Shown piece by piece: positions 15,307 through 22,793 of a stretch of DNA of 32,000 nucleotides. The DNA comes from Thermosulfurimonas dismutans. GTDB taxonomy: Bacteria > Desulfobacterota > Thermodesulfobacteria > Thermodesulfobacteriales > Thermodesulfobacteriaceae. The notes under the pieces are model-generated. The model ran no database searches, was not told where the DNA came from, and was given only the letters and a program-made list of their open reading frames with translations. The stretch lies in NCBI RefSeq assembly GCF_001652585.1, contig NZ_LWLG01000011.1:37111-69110 (forward strand), read 5' to 3'. Each line of letters starts with the position of its first letter. Positions within the stretch are counted from its first letter, which is position 1. The position numbers and the translations under genes were made by a program.

Positions 15307-16245
15307 TCAACTCCGGTTAACTACTACCAGGGTGGGAGAAGTCAAACGATGGAGGACCCTCTCAAACACACTCCCCATAAGGAGCTCCTTTATATGACCT
15401 ATCCCCCGACGCCCCAAAAAGACTAGATCGTATTGTCCGGATTCCGCTTCTTCAATAATCTCTTCCGCCGGACTACCCAAGGCCAGCTTTTTGGTAATCG
15501 TACTTTGGATTCCGGCCTCCCTAAGAAACTTCTCCGCTGCAACCAAAATGGCATCGCTTTCTTCAGGGGTCCCCTTTTCCAACACCGGCAAGAAATCCAC
15601 TACATGGAAAAGAACTATCTCTTTAGCCTGCCATAAAAGAGCTACCCCCGCAGCTTCCTCAAGGGCTTTCCAGGCATAAGAAGATCCGTCTAAACAGACC
15701 AAGATGCGAGGGGGACCACAGTGACCGCTTTCGGCAAAAAGTCTACCAACCACATAAGTAGAATGCTCACCCGGACGATGAATTAAGGCCTGCGTACAGC
15801 TTCCCAGAACAATTTCAGAAATGTGCGAGCGCGCTCTACGGGCTATGATTTCTGCACCGCAGGCCTTTTCATAGGCAAAACGGGCTATCTCTGCGGGCGG
15901 ATCGCCACTCAAAACCACCTCTTCCACTGGGAGGTTGGGGAGCTCTTTTTTCAACTTCTCAGACGCCTCTGCCAAGAAGGGCTCGGCCTCTTTCTTAAGA
16001 TACTCTTGATACAACTCCTTAAGGAGCTTGCTATCTTTGACCAAGCTCTCAAGCCGCAGATCTCGGCGGGAGGCTTTCTTGAGGGCATCCGAGGAAACTA
16101 CGTGCAGAAGATAGACCTTCTTCACAATCCCTTCCGGAAGTCCTTTGAGCATACAGACCACAAAGTTCAGAAGGGCTTCGTAAGAACCGTCCTTACCCAA
16201 AGGAACCAAAATTTTTTCCAGATGGGGCAAAAACCTCTGAGGCAT
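15307..16245 (-). CDS. Tandem universal stress protein (two UspA domains)
   Basis: Domain 2 has the ATP-binding motif G-x2-G-x9-GS (GRRGIGHIKELLMGS). Domain 1 has a degenerate version (ARRARSHISEIVLGS). The RBS overlaps the upstream stop. Confidence 0.8.
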   Translation of the reverse strand: MPQRFLPHLEKILVPLGKDGSYEALLNFVVCMLKGLPEGIVKKVYLLHVVSSDALKKASRRDLRLESLVKDSKLLKELYQEYLKKEAEPFLAEASEKLKKELPNLPVEEVVLSGDPPAEIARFAYEKACGAEIIARRARSHISEIVLGSCTQALIHRPGEHSTYVVGRLFAESGHCGPPRILVCLDGSSYAWKALEEAAGVALLWQAKEIVLFHVVDFLPVLEKGTPEESDAILVAAEKFLREAGIQSTITKKLALGSPAEEIIEEAESGQYDLVFLGRRGIGHIKELLMGSVFERVLHRLTSPTLVVVNRS

Positions 16246-16255
16246 AGTCGGCCTC

Positions 16256-17986
16256 CTAGTAAAAAATTAGTAGCCAGACATTGGCTATGGCCACGCTTAT
16301 GATCATATAGATGAAACCGACCTTCATGTACTGGAAAAATTTGATCTTATGCCCGGCGGCCTCTGCAATTCCTAAAGTAACCACGTTGGCGCTGGCCCCA
16401 ATCATGGTGCCGTTGCCGCCAAAACAGGCCCCTAAGGCCAGGGCCCACCAAAGAACATTGCTTTCGGCCCCGGGAATCACCCGAGAAAGATAGGCCGTGA
16501 TAGGCAGCATGGTGGCCGTAAAAGGAATGTTGTCGACAAAGGCACTCATGATGGCCGCCACCCATAGAATAAGACAGATGGCCACCGTAAGGGAGCCTTG
16601 CGAAAGCTTGTAAACACCATCCGCGATGATGGCGAGCAGGCCGGTTTCTTCCACCGAGCCCACCAGCACAAAAAGGAACATGAAAAAGAGGAGCGTTGTC
16701 CATTCAATATCTTTTTCTACCACCTCTAGGAGATCCACTTTTTTGGTCACCAAGGCATAGGTAAAGAGGAGAGAAGCCCCGAAAAGGGCCGCTACGGAGA
16801 CTTCCATATGAAAGATACCGTGAGTTACGAAGAAAAAGATGACTATCAACATGATTATAAGCCCCACCGTAAGAAGCGTGCCATCCGTTATACGGTATTC
16901 CTCACGAAGTTTGGCGATAAAGGCCTCCACATCGTCCACTTTAGCTTTGGCATAGTCCCGGCCATATACGATCTTGGAGAAGAAAAAGAGGACCACCATC
17001 GAAAGGACTACCACCGGGGTAAGATTCTTTACGAAATCCATGAAGGTAAGCCCTGTATAAGAACCAATCATGATGTTCGGGGGATCTCCGATAAGGGTGG
17101 CCGTACCGCCCACGTTGGAAGCCAGGATCTCCGGGATGAGGAGGACCAGCGGCGAAATCCCCAGAGAAAGGGCTATTTCTATGGTCACCGGTGTCAAAAG
17201 GAGCATGGTAGTCACATTATCCAGAAAAGCCGAAGCCACCGCCGTAAAAGAGCACAGAATTACACAGAGGAGGAAAACGTTACCTCGGGCCAGCTGGTAG
17301 CTCTTGTAGGCACACCACTGGAAGATCCCCGTTCGCTTGAGAACCCCTATGATGATCATCATACCCATGAGGAGGAAAATGACGTTCATGTCTATGGCCG
17401 CGATGGCCCGCTCGTAAGAAATGATTCGGAAGGCCGGATCCCAAACTCCTAGGGTATAGGTTACGATGAGCATGATGGCGGCCCCAAGGAGGGCGGCCAC
17501 TGTCCGATGCAAAAGCTCGAAGCTTATGAGAATGTAGGCCAGCACAAAAATTATAGTTGAGATCCAGAAAGCCGGCCCCAGATGCCGCTCAAGGATCACG
17601 TTTTTGACCACAAATACATCTTGCCCATGAAAGGCCAGCTCCGAAGGCTCGATGTGCAAAATCACAGGTTTAAAACTGCTCTTAAAGATCTCCAGTTCCA
17701 GCTTCCCCTCACGCAGGGCCCTCTCTGGGACTTCGGCCACCACCTGAAAGGAACCGTCCTTTTCAGTCTCGATGGCTTCAATCTCTTGGTGTCCGTGGGC
17801 TCCTTTACGAAAGGCTAGAGGCTTCCCATCAAGCAAAATCTTGATCTCGGCCTCGCTTACCGGTTCCTTATGAGAATCGAGCACTCGACCGGAAATATGG
17901 AGATAAAGCTTATCCGTGGACGCAAAAGAATTCAGGACTCCTAGCCATAGAAAGGAAACCACAAACAGGAGCCACCATCTCTTCAT
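16256..17986 (-). CDS. ArsB/NhaD (ion-transporter superfamily, YbiR/SLC13-like) permease with an N-terminal secreted beta-rich domain
   Basis: Signal peptide, then a ~130-aa extracytoplasmic domain (YLHISGRVLDSHKEPVSEAEIKILLDG, carboxypeptidase-regulatory-like). Next comes a polytopic domain with GGTATLIGDPPN and GTMIGASANV hairpin motifs. RBS GAGGAG. Confidence 0.7.
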   Translation of the reverse strand: MKRWWLLFVVSFLWLGVLNSFASTDKLYLHISGRVLDSHKEPVSEAEIKILLDGKPLAFRKGAHGHQEIEAIETEKDGSFQVVAEVPERALREGKLELEIFKSSFKPVILHIEPSELAFHGQDVFVVKNVILERHLGPAFWISTIIFVLAYILISFELLHRTVAALLGAAIMLIVTYTLGVWDPAFRIISYERAIAAIDMNVIFLLMGMMIIIGVLKRTGIFQWCAYKSYQLARGNVFLLCVILCSFTAVASAFLDNVTTMLLLTPVTIEIALSLGISPLVLLIPEILASNVGGTATLIGDPPNIMIGSYTGLTFMDFVKNLTPVVVLSMVVLFFFSKIVYGRDYAKAKVDDVEAFIAKLREEYRITDGTLLTVGLIIMLIVIFFFVTHGIFHMEVSVAALFGASLLFTYALVTKKVDLLEVVEKDIEWTTLLFFMFLFVLVGSVEETGLLAIIADGVYKLSQGSLTVAICLILWVAAIMSAFVDNIPFTATMLPITAYLSRVIPGAESNVLWWALALGACFGGNGTMIGASANVVTLGIAEAAGHKIKFFQYMKVGFIYMIISVAIANVWLLIFY

Positions 17987-18067
17987 GGCGCATCTCCTCT
18001 GTTATTTTAGATTTTAAGATCTTCCTTGGCTTTACTAAATTTTTTTTCTCCTGTAAATCCCTTGAGT

Positions 18068-18394
18068 ATGAAAAGAAAAAATTTCCTCTCGGAAAAAGAT
18101 TTGCGGCTTTTTTTGAAACGCTTTTTAAAAGAGAAATTAAAAGGCCTCCCCCCGGATTTCAAAATCGAAATAAGAGTGTTTTCTCATCAGCCCCCCCGAA
18201 CGGCCTTGAAGATCCCGGCTCATTCTGAAAAGAATCTCCTTAGAGCCCATCAAGTGGACCTTTTGATCCGTGAGCTTTCCGAAGCGGGCATCACGGTAGA
18301 GGTTTTTTATCTTGACGACGAACCCGAGGCCTCAGAGAGCTTATCCTTCAACCCCTCGGAAAAACCTAACCAGGGCAAGGCCCAATTTCCGTAA
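18068..18394 (+). CDS. Hypothetical small basic protein (no recognisable family)
   Basis: The ORF is open from TTG 18026. The first ATG is at 18068 (MKRKNFLSEKDL...). No convincing RBS and no motifs. Confidence 0.3.
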   Translation: MKRKNFLSEKDLRLFLKRFLKEKLKGLPPDFKIEIRVFSHQPPRTALKIPAHSEKNLLRAHQVDLLIRELSEAGITVEVFYLDDEPEASESLSFNPSEKPNQGKAQFP

Positions 18395-18424
18395 AAAAGG
18401 GGGGGTTGTCTTTATAGAAAAATT

Positions 18425-19054
18425 TCATCTCCGGCGGCTGCGAATGACGTCCTCGTAAGCCCATTTCCTGAGAATTTCTTCCATTTCCTTCTCGGTAAGC
18501 TGCGGTCGATCGTAAAGGCCGGCGGTCTCCCGCTGGCGAAAGGCCTCGTAGAGGATAATCCCGGTGGCTACCGAAACGTTTAGGCTCCGCACCATGCCCA
18601 TCATGGGGATCTTTATCCGATGGGTAGCCAAGGGGAGGAGGTCCGGCGAGACCCCTTCCACCTCGTTGCCCACTACAATGATTGTGGGATGGGTGTAGTC
18701 CACCTCCCGGAAGTCTAGGGTTCCGGCTCCCAGCCAGGTCACCACCACCTGAAAACCTTGATCCCGAAACTCCTGAAGCTTTTCTACCGGAGATTCTACC
18801 TTCTCCAAACAAACCCAGCGGTGGGCCCCAAGAGTCACAGCCTCGTTTATAGGGGCCGGACGGTCTTCTTCATAACCATAAAAGACCTGAAAAATCCCCA
18901 CGGCTTCCGCGGTGCGGATGAGAGCCGAAAAGTTGTGTTCGTTCTTGACCCGATCCATAAAGAGCACAAGATCTTTTTGCCTGCGGACAAGAACCTCCCG
19001 CATACGGATCAGTCTTCTTGGGAGCACTAGATACTCTTTTTCAGGCTCTTTCAA
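18425..19054 (-). CDS. trmH: SpoU/TrmH-family RNA 2'-O-methyltransferase (tRNA Gm18 type)
   Basis: SPOUT motifs NEHNFSALIRTAEAVGI, IIVVGNEVEGVS and IPMMGMVRSLNVSVATGIILYE. The track uses a TTG start that overlaps the crp-like stop. The exact start is uncertain. Confidence 0.8.
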   Translation of the reverse strand: MKEPEKEYLVLPRRLIRMREVLVRRQKDLVLFMDRVKNEHNFSALIRTAEAVGIFQVFYGYEEDRPAPINEAVTLGAHRWVCLEKVESPVEKLQEFRDQGFQVVVTWLGAGTLDFREVDYTHPTIIVVGNEVEGVSPDLLPLATHRIKIPMMGMVRSLNVSVATGIILYEAFRQRETAGLYDRPQLTEKEMEEILRKWAYEDVIRSRRR

Positions 19055-19709
19055 GGCGACGGAGCCCCTCTTCGTCCAGTATTCGAATCTGTTTTCCGGA
19101 AACCTCGATCAACCCTTCTTCAGAGAGACGATTTAAAACCCGGGATAAAGTCTCCGGGACCGTCCCCAAAAGGGCCGCCAGTTCCCCTTTGGGGATCTCA
19201 AGCTCAAACTCCGGACTGCCTTTGGTTTCCCGTAAATAAAGGAGGTAGCCCGCAAGCCTCTCCGGGACTTCTTTAAGGGAGAGGGCCTCGACCATCCCGG
19301 CAAGCTTTCTGAGTCTCAAGGCCTGAAGAGCAAGCATGTTGAGGGCTAATTCGGGCCTTTTCCGCACAAGTTCAAGGAAGGCCTTACGCGGAAAAAGTAA
19401 AACCGCCGCCGGGGTCAAAGCCTCGGCCCAAGCCGGATAGCGGGATCCGGAAAAAAGGGCCGCCTCGGCAAAGGCCTCCCCAGGGCCAAAGACATGAAGG
19501 ATTTGTTGTCTTCCACGGGAAGAGAGCCGATAAATTTTTATTCGCCCTTTAATGACCACATAAAAGCCGGTGGCTTCCTCGCCTTGAGCGAAAAGGATTT
19601 CGCCCTTTTCAAGTTTTTTAAGGCGTGAAATCTCTCTTAAGCGTTGAAGGTCTTCTTCCGGAAGACCCTCAAAAATTGGGATCTTCTTTAAGACTTCTAG
19701 TATCTCCAT
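19041..19709 (-). CDS. Crp/Fnr-family transcriptional regulator (cNMP-binding fold plus C-terminal HTH)
   Basis: The N-terminal beta-roll (FAQGEEATGFYVVIKGRIKIYR...GPGEAFAEAALF) is followed by the HTH ELAALLGTVPETLSRVLNRL. There is no FNR-type N-terminal Cys cluster. Confidence 0.85.
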   Translation of the reverse strand: MEILEVLKKIPIFEGLPEEDLQRLREISRLKKLEKGEILFAQGEEATGFYVVIKGRIKIYRLSSRGRQQILHVFGPGEAFAEAALFSGSRYPAWAEALTPAAVLLFPRKAFLELVRKRPELALNMLALQALRLRKLAGMVEALSLKEVPERLAGYLLYLRETKGSPEFELEIPKGELAALLGTVPETLSRVLNRLSEEGLIEVSGKQIRILDEEGLRRLERA

Positions 19710-19719
19710 AGGCGATTAG

Positions 19720-19748
19720 ATTATAGCCCCGGCTCTCCCCCTTGACAA
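19720..19748 (-). promoter_or_regulatory. Candidate promoter of the Crp/Fnr gene, giving a near-leaderless mRNA
   Basis: The minus strand reads TTGTCA-N17-TATAAT. Only 10 nt separate the -10 from the ATG, and no SD is present. Confidence 0.5.
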
Positions 19749-19770
19749 AGAGAAAAAGCCTGGAAAGATT
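19742..19770 (+). promoter_or_regulatory. Candidate promoter of the tRNA-queDE unit
   Basis: TTGACA-N17-AAGATT, 14 nt upstream of the tRNA 5' end. The -35 hexamer overlaps the -35 of the divergent promoter. The -10 is weak. Confidence 0.35.
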
Positions 19771-19783
19771 TAGGGAAGAGTGT

Positions 19784-19860
19784 GGCGGCGTAGCTCAACT
19801 GGTTAGAGCATGCGGCTCATATCCGCAAGGTTCGGGGTTCGAGTCCCTGCGCCGCCACCA
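19784..19860 (+). tRNA. tRNA with CAT anticodon (elongator Met, or Ile2 if lysidinylated), CCA encoded
   Basis: Hand-folded cloverleaf: acceptor GGCGGCG/CGCCGCC, D arm GCTC/GAGC, anticodon stem TGCGG/CCGCA with loop CTCATAT, T arm CGGGG-TTCGAGT-CCCTG. It has a G1-C72 pair and no GGG/CCC anticodon stem, so it is not an initiator. Confidence 0.9.
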
Positions 19861-19882
19861 AAAAATAAGAATTGAAATCGTA

Positions 19883-19957
19883 GGCGGCGTAGCCAAGTGG
19901 TAAGGCGACGGCCTGCAAAGCCGTGAATCCGGGGTTCGAATCCCCGCGCCGCCTCCA
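19883..19957 (+). tRNA. tRNA-Cys (GCA), CCA encoded
   Basis: Acceptor GGCGGCG/CGCCGCC, anticodon stem ACGGC/GCCGT with loop CTGCAAA, T arm CGGGG-TTCGAAT-CCCCG. Discriminator U73 is the expected Cys identity element. Confidence 0.9.
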
Positions 19958-19967
19958 CTAATAATCC

Positions 19968-20339
19968 ATGTTTGAGCTTACTGTCCGCGACGAGTTTTCA
20001 GCTGCGCATCAGTTACGGGGCTACGAAGGAGCCTGCGAGAATCTCCACGGCCACAACTGGAAAGTGGAAGTGGCCGTTCGTGGTTCGCAACTTAACGAAA
20101 TCGGTATTCTTATAGATTTCAAAGAGCTCAAAAAGGCCTTAAAAGAGATCCTTTCAGAACTTGACCACTGTCATCTCAACGAACACCCTGCGTTTAGAGA
20201 CCTCAATCCTTCCTCAGAAAACCTGGCCCGGTTTATCTTTGAACGCCTTGAAGAGAAACTTGCGGGAAAACCGGTGGAGGTCTTCCGGGTTACGGTCTGC
20301 GAGACGGAAAGGTCCTGTGCCTCTTATTTCAGGGGATAA
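19968..20339 (+). CDS. queD: 6-carboxy-5,6,7,8-tetrahydropterin synthase
   Basis: 123 aa with FSAAHQL...CENLHGHNW (Zn/His motif) and DHCHLNE. Confidence 0.85.
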   Translation: MFELTVRDEFSAAHQLRGYEGACENLHGHNWKVEVAVRGSQLNEIGILIDFKELKKALKEILSELDHCHLNEHPAFRDLNPSSENLARFIFERLEEKLAGKPVEVFRVTVCETERSCASYFRG

Positions 20340-20973
20340 AATTCGCCTAAAAATCAGTGAACTTTTTGTCAGTCTTCAAGGGGAGGGTCCAGCCGCGGGC
20401 TATCCGGCCTTCTTCGTAAGGCTTTCAGGTTGCAATCTATCCTGCTGCTGGTGTGATACCCCTCATGCCCGTCAACCTGAAACCGGCCAGGAGATGGAAA
20501 TGCCTAAAATTATCAACCGTTTCCGCAAGAGCGGGGTCTCCCAGGTCCTTATAACCGGAGGCGAGCCCTTGCTTCAGGAAGGAGTCTATGCGCTCATGGA
20601 GGAGCTTCTTGCCCTCGGAGCCCAGGTCTTCCTTGAGACCAACGGCAGCCTATCCTTGAAGCGCGTACCTTCTGAAGTTACCAAAGTCATGGACCTCAAA
20701 CCTCCTTCTTCTGGCATGAGTAAATACATGCTTTATGAAAACCTGCGCTACCTTAGCCACAGGGATCAGATCAAGTTCGTGATTGCGGACGAAGAGGATT
20801 ACCGCTGGGCAAAAGAAAAAGTACTGGGGCTTGGGCTAAACTACTTTACCGAAGTATCCTTCTCACCGGCCTGGGGCCTCATGTCTCCAGAGAAACTGGC
20901 GAAAATGATCCTGAGAGACCGGCTTCCGGTGCGACTCCAGCTACAGCTTCACAAGATTCTGAAGCTTCCTTAA
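20317..20973 (+). CDS. queE: 7-carboxy-7-deazaguanine synthase (radical SAM)
   Basis: ISELFVSLQGEGP and the cluster motif CNLSCCWCDT, plus GGEPLLQ. The track ORF (from 20161) begins inside queD. The nearest canonical start is GTG 20317. ATT 20341 behind AGGGGA is an alternative. Confidence 0.8.
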   Translation: MPLISGDKIRLKISELFVSLQGEGPAAGYPAFFVRLSGCNLSCCWCDTPHARQPETGQEMEMPKIINRFRKSGVSQVLITGGEPLLQEGVYALMEELLALGAQVFLETNGSLSLKRVPSEVTKVMDLKPPSSGMSKYMLYENLRYLSHRDQIKFVIADEEDYRWAKEKVLGLGLNYFTEVSFSPAWGLMSPEKLAKMILRDRLPVRLQLQLHKILKLP

Positions 20974-22565
20974 CGCCGCTCCAAGAATTTCCGCACCGAA
21001 ACCACCAGTAAAAACACCGTAAGGGCAAGCAACCCCAGAGCCAGGACCGAGAGAAGGAGATGCCCCGAGCCCAGGTTCTTGCGAAAGAGGATAGCCAGGG
21101 CTGTGAGGGTTACCGCCAGCATGAAAATGGCCGGAAGGCTCACGAAGGCAAATGGCCTTCCGGTGGCCATCAACCAGACTGTAAGGGAAAGAAGCGCCAG
21201 CGCTGCAAGGAGCTGATTGGCCGAGCCCATAAGGGGCCAGATCTTTTGCCAGGCCCCGGAGAAGGCTAAAGCCGCCGAAAGACCCACTACCACCAGCGTA
21301 AAGACCACCCGGCTCCGAGAGGTAGAAACGTGTTCCCCCTCGCGGGCGAAAAGTTCCTCAAGCATGAAACGGGAAACCCGGGTGGCGGTGTCCAAAGAAG
21401 TGAGCGCAAAGGCTGAGACCGCAAGAGCGGCAAAGGCCTTACCCTTCTCAACGGGTATGCCCAGAGACGCAAAAAACCCAGCCACTCCGGTGGCAAAGGT
21501 AGTGATAGGGCCTTGGGTCTTCAGCAAGCCTTTATAATCCGCAAGGCTCAAACCCACCACGGCACACAGAGAAATCACCCCCAAGAGACCTTCCAGGAGC
21601 ATAGCTCCGTAGCCCACATAGCGGGCCTGGGACTCACGGGCCACCTGCCGAGCGGTAGTGCCCGAGCCCACCAGAGAATGGAAACCCGAAATGGCCCCGC
21701 AGGAAGTGATCACAAAAAGCAGGGGGAAGAAAGGCCCGATCTCATTAGTGAAACCGGTAAAGGCCGGAAGTCTTACCTCCGGAGCTCCGATCAACAAACC
21801 CAAAAAGGCCCCGAAGAGAAGGGCATATAGGAGAAAGGCGTTGAGATAGTCCCGGGGCTGAAGTAATAGCCAGATGGGCAGAACCGAGGCCAAAAAGACA
21901 TAAATAAAAAGAAGAAGGCGCCAGTAAATCTCTGGCAACCTTAGGGGAAATTTGAAACCCAGAAAGATGGAAGCCGCAAGCCCGCAGAGCCCGAACACCG
22001 TAATCAGGGGGAGAGGCAACCCCACCCGGTAATAAAGTATCCCGAAGACCAGGGCCAAAACCAGGAAAAGAACGGAAGCCGTGGCTACCGGGGGAGAGGC
22101 TACAAAGGTCTTGGCTACGATGACATCAAAGGCCGCCACCACCAAAATAAGAGTAGCGGTGGCGAAAAGAAGAAAGAGTTTCTGGGCTTGAGGGCCGAGG
22201 TATTGTCTTAAAATTTCTCCGATAGAGCGTCCGTCGTGACGTAGGGAAGCCATGATGGAGCCCATGTCATGCACGCCTCCTGCAAAGACCGCTCCCAGTA
22301 CCAGCCAGAGGAAGACACCTAGCCAGCCATAGGAAGCCGCGAGAATCGGCCCCACAATAGGCCCCGCCCCGGCAATAGAAGCAAAATGGTGACCAAAGAG
22401 GATGGGGGTGGAGGTGGGCATGAAATCCAGCCCGTCCCGGAAACGCTCCGCAGGAGTCCTGCGACGATCGTCAACTTCAAACCAACGGGAAACCAAGGAG
22501 GAGTAAATAAAAAAACCCGCTCCCAGAATAGCCAAGGCCACAATAATCAAGATCCGAGAAGACAT
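20970..22565 (-). CDS. cstA: Carbon starvation protein A family transporter (peptide/pyruvate uptake type)
   Basis: 531 aa and polytopic, with FGHHFASIAGAGPIVGPILAA and GGVHDMGS motifs. Confidence 0.85.
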   Translation of the reverse strand: MSSRILIIVALAILGAGFFIYSSLVSRWFEVDDRRRTPAERFRDGLDFMPTSTPILFGHHFASIAGAGPIVGPILAASYGWLGVFLWLVLGAVFAGGVHDMGSIMASLRHDGRSIGEILRQYLGPQAQKLFLLFATATLILVVAAFDVIVAKTFVASPPVATASVLFLVLALVFGILYYRVGLPLPLITVFGLCGLAASIFLGFKFPLRLPEIYWRLLLFIYVFLASVLPIWLLLQPRDYLNAFLLYALLFGAFLGLLIGAPEVRLPAFTGFTNEIGPFFPLLFVITSCGAISGFHSLVGSGTTARQVARESQARYVGYGAMLLEGLLGVISLCAVVGLSLADYKGLLKTQGPITTFATGVAGFFASLGIPVEKGKAFAALAVSAFALTSLDTATRVSRFMLEELFAREGEHVSTSRSRVVFTLVVVGLSAALAFSGAWQKIWPLMGSANQLLAALALLSLTVWLMATGRPFAFVSLPAIFMLAVTLTALAILFRKNLGSGHLLLSVLALGLLALTVFLLVVSVRKFLERR

Positions 22566-22571
22566 ATTTAC

Positions 22572-22600
22572 ATTGAAAAGCCGTTGTCTAATTTCGTCAA
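22572..22600 (-). promoter_or_regulatory. Candidate cstA promoter positioned for a leaderless mRNA
   Basis: The minus strand reads TTGACG-N17-TTCAAT-GTAAAT-ATG. Six nt separate the -10 from the ATG, and there is no SD. Confidence 0.45.
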
Positions 22601-22612
22601 GCGGTTTGCCAT

Positions 22613-22793
22613 GATTCCCTCTTAATCGTTTCGTTAGCTTGTGCTCCCCGAAATCCCCTGCCGTGCCTTCAAGTTCAGCCTATACGTTTTCCGATTTTTC
22701 TTTCACCCGCCGGCTGAAACCCGCTATTTATCTCAATTCCAAACATATCAACGGCTTTAGGTTCCCAGATCTCCACTTGAGCGGGACTTTGGG
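22613..22793 (+). repeat. Copies C and D of the 16-nt motif seen at 10575-10628
   Basis: C is 22613-22628 GATTCCCTCTTAATCG, followed by TTTCGTT as in copy A. D is 22768-22783 GATCTCCACTTGAGCG, preceded by CCCA and enclosed by the stem CCCAGA (22764-22769) / TTTGGG (22788-22793), as in copy B. Confidence 0.65.

Noticed and set aside
19784-19860. Calling the CAT-anticodon tRNA an initiator tRNA-fMet.
   Set aside because: It has a paired G1-C72 and lacks the three G-C pairs at the base of the anticodon stem. It is therefore an elongator Met, or Ile2 after lysidine modification.
20161-20316. The track ORF for queE starting at 20161 (270 aa).
   Set aside because: The first ~52 codons are an alternative frame of queD and show no QueE similarity. 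The conserved QueE N-terminus begins near 20341-20353.
22595-22612. A sigma-54-like box TGGCAA-ACCGC-TTGAC upstream of cstA, and GG-N10-GC (GGGGTTCAGGGATTGCT, minus strand about 10565-10581) upstream of the CoADR gene.
   Set aside because: The cstA site lacks the essential -12 GC (it has TTGA). The two sites sit differently relative to the shared motif. No sigma-54 activator is encoded nearby, and a sigma70-type leaderless promoter explains cstA better.
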